From assembly GCF_000018305.1 (NCBI RefSeq), contig NC_009954.1:840001-872000 (forward strand): a stretch of 32,000 bases of DNA. The letters run 5' to 3'. Under the pieces are notes generated by a model. That model saw only the letters and a list, made by a program, of their open reading frames with translations, was not told the origin of the DNA and searched no databases. This document shows positions 25,613 to 32,000 of this stretch, in pieces. The translations under genes were made by a program, and so were the position numbers. Every line of letters starts with the position of its first letter. Within the stretch, counting starts at the first letter, position 1. This stretch comes from Caldivirga maquilingensis IC-167 (GTDB taxonomy: Archaea; Thermoproteota; Thermoprotei; Thermoproteales; Thermocladiaceae).

Positions 25613-26581
25613 TTATTCATACGCCTTCCTTAACTCATCCCATGGAATCTTTCTACCGCATTTAGGGCAGTACTCCCAATCCTCGCTTAATAATGCACCA
25701 CAGTACGGGCACCTGTATTCCCTTGGCTTTTCAGGTTCAGGTTCAGGGCGTTTAACCTCCTCAACCTTCACCTGTGTCTCAAGGTACTTACTTACGTACT
25801 TCTCCCAAACACCCCTGGGATCCCTGGTGTATATTCTGAGCCTACGGTATGGTAAATTACTCATTGGCTTCTTAAGAACAATCTCCACGAACCTCCTCTT
25901 CTCATCAACCATTACGCTATCCGCATCTAAGGGTGCCTTGAGTACGTAAAGGTCATCAAATATTACTGCATCCTTATAGAAGGTAATGCTCTTAGTGGGT
26001 ATGTAAGGCATGTTCTGCATCATTGAGGTGTTTTGGCTTAGGTACGGTAAACCAGTATACCTAGCTACAACATAGAAGACGGCGAACCATATCCCAAACA
26101 TTATTAGGTAGGTTATGAAGTATCTCAGGAACTCCACCGTTGACTGAGCCATTGATGTACTGCCCAGTAATGCTGATATGACTTCAGCTATCTTATTGAA
26201 TAAGGTTGAGTAAACCAGTAGTACAGCAATCAGTAGAACTATCATTATGCCTAGGTTAAGGAACATCTTCTTACTTAAAGCTGAGTACTCCTTAGGTAAC
26301 TCATAATCCCTCTCCATGGCCTTCTTAATATCATCACCAGTTAACCTACTTAAGGCCTGTCTCCTCCTATACTGTTCACCCTCCCTCCTATTCCTTGAGT
26401 ATGACTTATAGCCAGCATAAGCTGATATACCGAATATTAGTATGAAGTATGCTATGAATAAGCCTATTGGCATCCAGTAATTCTTAATAACCTGCCCCCA
26501 TGCGAAGAATGCCGCAAAGGCAACTGGGGTAGCTACCCAAAGCACATACGTCATAGGCTTAGATGTCATTGTGTAAGACAT
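25613..26581 (-). CDS. Hypothetical 4-TM membrane protein with a C-terminal zinc ribbon
   Basis: 322 aa. Two TM pairs flank a charged loop. A soluble C-terminal domain follows, then a PEPEPE linker and CPYCG-x10-CPKCG. No family was recognised. Confidence 0.6.
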   Translation of the reverse strand: MSYTMTSKPMTYVLWVATPVAFAAFFAWGQVIKNYWMPIGLFIAYFILIFGISAYAGYKSYSRNRREGEQYRRRQALSRLTGDDIKKAMERDYELPKEYSALSKKMFLNLGIMIVLLIAVLLVYSTLFNKIAEVISALLGSTSMAQSTVEFLRYFITYLIMFGIWFAVFYVVARYTGLPYLSQNTSMMQNMPYIPTKSITFYKDAVIFDDLYVLKAPLDADSVMVDEKRRFVEIVLKKPMSNLPYRRLRIYTRDPRGVWEKYVSKYLETQVKVEEVKRPEPEPEKPREYRCPYCGALLSEDWEYCPKCGRKIPWDELRKAYE

Positions 26582-26631
26582 AGCTAACTACCATTTGCGT
26601 ATCTCGTTTTAAACTTTTCCACAAGATTAAA

Positions 26632-27060
26632 TTAACCATTTGAACTACCCTTACTAAGCCTAATCACAACCCTATGAAGCGCCTTAGCCTCCTCAGGGAA
26701 GTCACTTAGGTTAATGCCACCGTTCTTAACAGTCTCCTCAACCCATGGGCAATCCTTAGACACCAACACTTCACCAGTCCTTGGGTTAAACAATAGTGGA
26801 TACATTTTGCAGGCAAGTGGCTTAACCGAATGTATTGTGCATAGTTTATTATCCTTATCATAGAATGGGCAGTAACCCAATATGATCCACCTATACATTG
26901 TAACCCCATTAACCTTAATCTCCCTGAAGGTTAACTCAACCCCCCTTTCTTTAGCTAATCTCCTAAGTCTCTTAACCTCATCACTGAACACTAAGGGTCC
27001 CTGCTCCTCACGTTCAAAGAAGCAGCAGTTGTCGCAGTGAAGGCACGTGAACTTACCCAC
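26632..27060 (-). CDS. YkgJ/UPF0153-type CxxCxxCC zinc- or iron-chelating domain protein
   Basis: 142 aa. N-terminal CLHCDNCC, then downstream CPFYD...CTIHSVKPLACKMYP, matching the PF03692-type pattern. Confidence 0.7.
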   Translation of the reverse strand: MGKFTCLHCDNCCFFEREEQGPLVFSDEVKRLRRLAKERGVELTFREIKVNGVTMYRWIILGYCPFYDKDNKLCTIHSVKPLACKMYPLLFNPRTGEVLVSKDCPWVEETVKNGGINLSDFPEEAKALHRVVIRLSKGSSNG

Positions 27061-27168
27061 ATTACGCTCATGCAGCTTCCCTTAATAAGTAATTCACACT
27101 AGGGAACCGGTACTACCCTGAAAATAACGGGAAGAGTTTAAAATAGGCTTTAATTTAACTTAAAGCAG

Positions 27169-28671
27169 GTGGTGAAGAATTTGTCAACCATTAGTAAAGA
27201 TAGGTATATAGGTGCCGTGGATTTACCGATAATGGTATTCAACACCGCCACTAAGATGACTGAGCAATTCAGGCTAATGAAGGCCGGGGTCGCTAGGGGT
27301 TACGTATGCGGTTTAACACCTTACGATGAGGCGCATGTGGGTCATGCAAGGGTAGCAGTATTCTTCGACTTATTTAGAAGGTACTTGGAGTACCTGGGCA
27401 TTAACGTTAGGTTGGTGACTAATTTCACGGATATTGATGATAAGATAATTGAGGCTGCTAGAAAGGAGTTTGGGGATGATTTAATTAACCATTGGTATGA
27501 GGTGCCCTCAAGGTACATTAAGAAGTACCTAGACTACATGGATGCCCTCTACGTTAAGAGAGCTTACGCATACCCCAAGGTCACTGAGAACGTGCAGGAT
27601 ATGGTTAAGTGGATTGATGAACTAGTGAGGAGGGGTAACGCCTACGTCGCCGATGGTTCAGTGTACTTTGATGTAACCAAGGTACCTAATTACGGTGAAT
27701 TCTCGGGGCAGAGGATTAATGAGTTAATTGCAGGGGCTAGGGTTGAGCCGGAGCCGGGTAAGAGGAATCCACTGGATTTCGCCCTTTGGAAGGCTTGGAA
27801 ACCCAATGAACCCTGGTGGGATAGTCCATGGGGACCCGGTAGACCTGGATGGCACCTGGAGTGCGTTGTAATGTCGTCTAAGTACCTTGGAGTACCCTTT
27901 GATTTCCATGGCGGTGGACAGGACCTAGTGTTTCCTCACCATGAGAATGAGATCGCCATAGCCAAGGTTTACTATGGGCTTAGGTTATTCGCAAGGTACT
28001 GGATACACGTTGGTTTAGTTAACATTGGTGGTGAGAAGATGAGTAAATCCCTCGGCAACATAATACCGATAAGTGACGTACTCAGTAAGTATGATGCAGA
28101 GGCGGTTAGGTTATACTTCCTGAACACCCACTATAGGAAACCCATTGACTTCAGCTTCAGTGGTATTGAGGCTATGGAAAACACCCTGAGGGGTATTTAC
28201 GCAAGCTTCGATTACTTAATCCAACTAATGAATGAGGCTTCTGAGAAGGGTACTAGTGATGAAGCAGTGACTAATGATGCTTTTAAATTCATGGTTAACT
28301 TCGAGAACGCACTTAACGATGACTTCAATACCCCTGCAGCCGTATCTGAGTTAATTAACTTAAGTAACTATATCAACTCAAGGATAGTTTACCAGCCTGA
28401 GAAGGTTTCCAAGTACTCTATTTCGCAATTATTAAATGTTTTATCATACATGAGTCAAATCTTAGGCGTGCTTAATAGGACTAGGATTAATCCAGTTCTC
28501 GTTGATTTAATAAATACGTTAATTAAGGTTAGGCAGAGTTTAAGGGAGAGGAAGCTTTACGACGCAGCGGACTTAATTAGGGAGGAGTTGGGTAAACTGG
28601 GTATTGTTTTAGGTGACTATGGTGGTAGGACTTACTGGTTCATTGATAGGAAGAGGCTTAACTTACCTTAA
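27169..28671 (+). CDS. cysS: Cysteinyl-tRNA synthetase
   Basis: 500 aa. Class I HIGH motif (HVGHAR), the CGLTPYD zinc ligand, WHLEC, and KMSKSLGN. The start is ambiguous: GTG at 27169 (TATA-like GTTTAAAATAGG at 27136..27147) or ATG at 27232 (MVFNT..., TATATA at 27205..27210). Confidence 0.95.
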   Translation: MVKNLSTISKDRYIGAVDLPIMVFNTATKMTEQFRLMKAGVARGYVCGLTPYDEAHVGHARVAVFFDLFRRYLEYLGINVRLVTNFTDIDDKIIEAARKEFGDDLINHWYEVPSRYIKKYLDYMDALYVKRAYAYPKVTENVQDMVKWIDELVRRGNAYVADGSVYFDVTKVPNYGEFSGQRINELIAGARVEPEPGKRNPLDFALWKAWKPNEPWWDSPWGPGRPGWHLECVVMSSKYLGVPFDFHGGGQDLVFPHHENEIAIAKVYYGLRLFARYWIHVGLVNIGGEKMSKSLGNIIPISDVLSKYDAEAVRLYFLNTHYRKPIDFSFSGIEAMENTLRGIYASFDYLIQLMNEASEKGTSDEAVTNDAFKFMVNFENALNDDFNTPAAVSELINLSNYINSRIVYQPEKVSKYSISQLLNVLSYMSQILGVLNRTRINPVLVDLINTLIKVRQSLRERKLYDAADLIREELGKLGIVLGDYGGRTYWFIDRKRLNLP

Positions 28672-28922
28672 CCCTGAGTCTTCTCAAAGACCAGTAAATC
28701 ATCCGAGAACTTCACCAACCCCCTCCTCTGCAGTTCCCAAAGGATATCAACAATCATTGGCCTTAACCTAGCCTCATCCTCATCACTAAGCCTACCCCCC
28801 TTACTTAAATTAACCATGATACTGTTAACGAAGTCAATTGTCCTAACCTTATCCCCAGGCTTAAGTCTACTTAATTCATCATTAATAATCCTACTGAGCG
28901 CCTCTAACTCATCATTAGGCAT
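28668..28922 (-). CDS. Hypothetical small protein (84 aa), possibly winged-helix-like at the C-terminus
   Basis: An intact ORF with host-like codon usage and an acidic/basic helical composition. No recognisable motif. Its stop codon shares the TTAA at 28668..28671 with the cysS stop. Confidence 0.5.
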   Translation of the reverse strand: MPNDELEALSRIINDELSRLKPGDKVRTIDFVNSIMVNLSKGGRLSDEDEARLRPMIVDILWELQRRGLVKFSDDLLVFEKTQG

Positions 28923-28991
28923 TAGTTTACTGCAGTGTCTCGGTTTAATAATCTATCTCAAGAGCATGTTTTTAAACGGTAATTAATCCCA

Positions 28992-29675
28992 ATGACCATG
29001 CATTACTACGCTGAGGTTCACCCCAGGATTAGTGGGAATCTAGCGTTCATAAAGGGATTAGGGGCGTATGATGGATTCAATATACCTGACTCCCCCCTTG
29101 GTGAACCGGCACCATTACCGTTAGCGGCCGCCTGCCTCATTAGGAGGATTCACGATGATAAGAGGATTATGGTTAATCAAAGGCTACTGGATGTTAATGA
29201 ACTTCACTTAGTCTCAATAGCACAGGGAACCCTAATGCTTAATGCTGACTTAGTATTAACCAGGGGGGATAAGCCTAAGATTGGTAAGGAGGTGGGTTAC
29301 TTAACGTCAGAGGAGGCCCTTAGGTTGCTTAAGAGTAGGGTTAAGGGTGTTAGGGTTGGGTTAATGTTAAGTATGAGGTATGGTAAGGAGCTTATTGAGA
29401 ATAGGATGAGGAGTGGGGCTGATTTTTACCTGGTCCTTAGGTTAAGTAACCCGGTTGAATTAAGGGGATTAGACACCAGTAGGCTAATACCATATGTATT
29501 AATTGAGACTGAGAGGAATAGCAAGGTGATTAACAGGATTAATCAACCGCACTTCAAGTTAAGTGAATTAGGGGATTTACTCAACGGCCTTAGGGGGATT
29601 GGGGTTGAGGGTGTATTACTATCAGTGCCGGGGGATTATGAGTCTTTAATTAACTTAACAAGGTACTTTATTTAA
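28992..29675 (+). CDS. Methylenetetrahydrofolate reductase (MetF)-like TIM-barrel protein, short form
   Basis: 227 aa. The order of elements resembles MetF: YAEVHP, FNIPDSPLGEP..., and LVLTRGDKP (cf. the LxLxGDxP signature). The assignment comes from pattern memory only. Confidence 0.45.
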   Translation: MTMHYYAEVHPRISGNLAFIKGLGAYDGFNIPDSPLGEPAPLPLAAACLIRRIHDDKRIMVNQRLLDVNELHLVSIAQGTLMLNADLVLTRGDKPKIGKEVGYLTSEEALRLLKSRVKGVRVGLMLSMRYGKELIENRMRSGADFYLVLRLSNPVELRGLDTSRLIPYVLIETERNSKVINRINQPHFKLSELGDLLNGLRGIGVEGVLLSVPGDYESLINLTRYFI

Positions 29676-29678
29676 ACA

Positions 29679-30173
29679 CTACCTAATAGGCATGTTCCTA
29701 TTTCTCCAAGTGGCCACGTTCTCAAGAACAATCATGGTCTCAGACTTAACCACATCCGGGTGCGTGGGTAGGTATCTTATTAGAAAGTTTGAGAGCTGCT
29801 TAAGGTCCTTGGCCCAAACCTTAAGCACTAAGTCATATTGCCCAGTAACAACCTGAGCCTCCTCAACCCAGGGTAGGTCCTTTTCATTATCTGAATCATA
29901 TATTATCCTCTCAGCTAAGGCGACTTGACTAGGCTTAGTCGCCCCAGGAACTCTCCTGACTGTTAAGAGGACATAAGCCTGTATCGTATAACCCATTTGA
30001 ATTGGGTCAATAACAGTCTTATAGCCCAATATTATTTTACTTGACTCTAATCGGGCTAATCTACTCATTATCGTTGTCCTAGGTTTATTAAGTAACTCAG
30101 CTAACCTGGATACTGTGATTCTCCCATTTCTTTGCAGGGATTCCAGGATTTTAATATCTAATTCATCCATCAT
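29679..30173 (-). CDS. Lrp/AsnC family transcriptional regulator
   Basis: 164 aa. N-terminal HTH (LDIKILESLQRNGRITVSRLAELLNKPRTTIMSRLARLE), followed by a RAM/ACT-like domain (YVLLTV..., VVTGQYDLVLKV). Confidence 0.9.
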   Translation of the reverse strand: MMDELDIKILESLQRNGRITVSRLAELLNKPRTTIMSRLARLESSKIILGYKTVIDPIQMGYTIQAYVLLTVRRVPGATKPSQVALAERIIYDSDNEKDLPWVEEAQVVTGQYDLVLKVWAKDLKQLSNFLIRYLPTHPDVVKSETMIVLENVATWRNRNMPIR

Positions 30174-30230
30174 TAGCTAGCTTAAGGTCTGGAGATTAAT
30201 TAACATTATGTTTCACAGAGATGAGACCAA

Positions 30231-31346
30231 TCATTCCGCCCCCTCAACCTTAGTCGAACCACGTATGAATTGAATGGGATTCTTGACACCGCAGCCTAGG
30301 TTAGTTGGGCATAACCCTAGGCTATTCAACTCTTGACATGAGGGTGGGGTGTAGAATTTCCTACCACCCCTAAGGCCAGCCAAGTGCTCCACCTGGTATC
30401 TAGTTATCTTCTCATTATAATCAGCAGCATGCGTAAAGGGCTCTAGAACCTCATCAACACACTCCTCCCTCTCCTTACCCTCAGCCACACACCTGTGGAG
30501 CATGTAGGTGGCTAAGGTGAACCTAGCCATGTGGCTTGGGTTGCCACCAGCCTTAAGCTCATTAATTATAGCTGTTACACATGGTGGATCACCCTTAGGT
30601 AAAACCCTCCTACTAACCCTATACCTAACCTGGGGTGCAGACTCCTCAATAGCCTTAAGCCTATCATTAACACTATCTATGAGTTCCTTAAAGAGGTCTA
30701 GGTTACTGCCTAGTTTACTTATCATTGTAATCGCCTTATTCTCCACGGCTTCTTCAATAATCCTGTAGACATCATGCTGTGTTAGGAGGATGTAACCATG
30801 GATAATTGGTCTAGTACCCAGGACCCAGTTTGGATCATTCCTAGGGCTATTCCTTAAGTAATCCCAAATGGAGACCGCGTACATGAATGGCTTAGGCATT
30901 AGCACTTGACCCTGCAGGTTAAGCCGCTTAGCAACTAATGATGATACTTCACCAACACCTATAATCCTTAATTCAAGTTCCCTAGCAACCTCCTTAATGC
31001 ATTCTAAGTTAGGCTTATTTAAGTAACTCAACTTAACCATGTTTGAGAATATTTTACTCTCTGAATCGGCTATTCTCCTCCAAATTCTCTTATCCATTGA
31101 GGCTGTTAGAACATAGGCTATGTACCTTGACACAGCCACATCCCTCACACTAAAGTTTAGCTTAGCGTGTTCACCATTCTTAATCAATGCCTCAAGCATT
31201 CTTAATGCATCATTAACAATTGGCTCAAACTCCCTGCTCATTAACTCACTAACTCTAATACCCACCTCCTCGATAATGCTTCGTCCACTCCTGGTAAATG
31301 GATACTTGCTCACCAGTTCACTAATTCCGCATGATTCAGTACGCAT
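30231..31346 (-). CDS. priL: DNA primase large subunit PriL
   Basis: 371 aa. Hallmark PPCVTAIINELKAGGNPSHMARFTLATYM, plus C-terminal Fe-S cysteines (PPSCQELNSLGLCPTNLGC). Confidence 0.9.
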   Translation of the reverse strand: MRTESCGISELVSKYPFTRSGRSIIEEVGIRVSELMSREFEPIVNDALRMLEALIKNGEHAKLNFSVRDVAVSRYIAYVLTASMDKRIWRRIADSESKIFSNMVKLSYLNKPNLECIKEVARELELRIIGVGEVSSLVAKRLNLQGQVLMPKPFMYAVSIWDYLRNSPRNDPNWVLGTRPIIHGYILLTQHDVYRIIEEAVENKAITMISKLGSNLDLFKELIDSVNDRLKAIEESAPQVRYRVSRRVLPKGDPPCVTAIINELKAGGNPSHMARFTLATYMLHRCVAEGKEREECVDEVLEPFTHAADYNEKITRYQVEHLAGLRGGRKFYTPPSCQELNSLGLCPTNLGCGVKNPIQFIRGSTKVEGAE

Positions 31347-31867
31347 TAATTATAGTGGCTCTAAAACGCCTTTAATAACCAGTGGATAGTTAACTTAAAG
31401 TATTATCTAAGTGAGAGGTAATTTTAAGGTAAGCATAATAATTAGATTAAATGATTGCTAAGGACGCTAAAAAGATTATTACAAGAGAATTTTAAGATGC
31501 AGAGGTAATGCGGTTGAATTATGGATCAGTAAAATTACCTGGAAGCAATGCATTAAGGATAAGGAGGAAACCGGTGCTTTACTATAACCCTATCAGGGTA
31601 ATATAGAAGTAATGTTATTTATGCATGATTATGCATAGCTAATAATATGTAAGTCACATCGTTTTGATGGTTCCTGCCTCATTGTTTTACTGATGGTGAA
31701 TATTCGCTAGTGGTGGTTTTGTGCGTCTGCTCCTTATTCCTATTCCCCTCACCTCAAGTATCCTCCAACCACCCTATGAGTAAACAAAAGTAGTACTCAT
31801 GTTTTTCTTCCATAAGCACTCTCAAGTAAAAACCCCAGAATAAGATGAGGCATATTTTTACTGTAAA

Positions 31868-32000
<133 letters not shown>

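Noticed and set aside
25728-25750. A short tandem repeat (GGTTCA x3) on the plus strand.
   Set aside because: It is the coding sequence of a PEPEPE linker in the 322-aa membrane protein. It is a simple low-complexity linker rather than a regulatory or CRISPR-like repeat.
26706-26909. A 67-aa same-strand alternative-frame ORF inside the CxxCxxCC gene. A 115-aa antisense ORF at 25602..25949 is similar.
   Set aside because: Both are embedded in better-supported frames that carry recognisable motifs. Their own translations have no features.
31378-31392. An ORB-like CCAGTGGA core next to priL, suggesting a replication origin.
   Set aside because: Only a single partial match is present. No inverted pair of ORB elements, no flanking G-string, no extended AT-rich unwinding element and no adjacent orc1/cdc6 gene are seen. 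Similar 7-9-mers occur by chance in coding sequence (for example ~14370 and ~22896).
31660-31740. A candidate C/D box sRNA (TGATGG ... CTGATGG ... CTGC).
   Set aside because: The boxes deviate from RUGAUGA/CUGA. The putative D' and C' boxes overlap each other. The spacing does not give two ~12-nt guides and there is no terminal stem.

Overview
The window reads as compact chromosomal DNA, about 90 percent coding, from a hyperthermophilic crenarchaeon. The evidence is a full-length reverse gyrase, the eukaryal-type primase large subunit PriL, an Lrp/AsnC regulator, TATA boxes about 25 nt upstream of start codons, and strong AGG/AGA-Arg, TTA-Leu and AAG-Lys codon bias. The codon style suggests a Caldivirga/Vulcanisaeta-like member of the Thermoproteales, but I cannot verify this without a database search. 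No rRNA, tRNA, CRISPR array or IS element was found.

Gene content:
- Minus strand: an aromatic amino acid operon (fused transketolase, chorismate mutase/prephenate dehydrogenase, DAHP synthase, aroB, aroE), followed by the 5' part of cbiA.
- A GT4 glycosyltransferase and reverse gyrase.
- A YeeE/YedE-like membrane protein next to a small Rieske protein.
- A uracil-DNA glycosylase, a metallophosphoesterase, a MOFRL glycerate kinase and an APC permease.
- A same-strand run of DUF89, cupin, MmgE/PrpD and MFS transporter genes.
- cysS, an MTHFR-like protein, Lrp/AsnC and priL.

The most unusual element is an 886-aa XPB/Rad25-like SF2 helicase. Its DExH box (motif II) is split by a 236-aa mini-intein at 23746..24453. 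The intein has all four splicing blocks, no recognisable homing-endonuclease motif, and synonymous codon usage that differs from its own host gene. The helicase also has an unassignable N-terminal region of about 260 aa. It lies downstream of a CxxCxxCC (YkgJ-type) protein and a 4-TM zinc-ribbon membrane protein.

I did not find a clear multi-gene system such as a defence island. The secondary observations are convergent gene overlaps, operator-like palindromes and two unusually long non-coding spacers.
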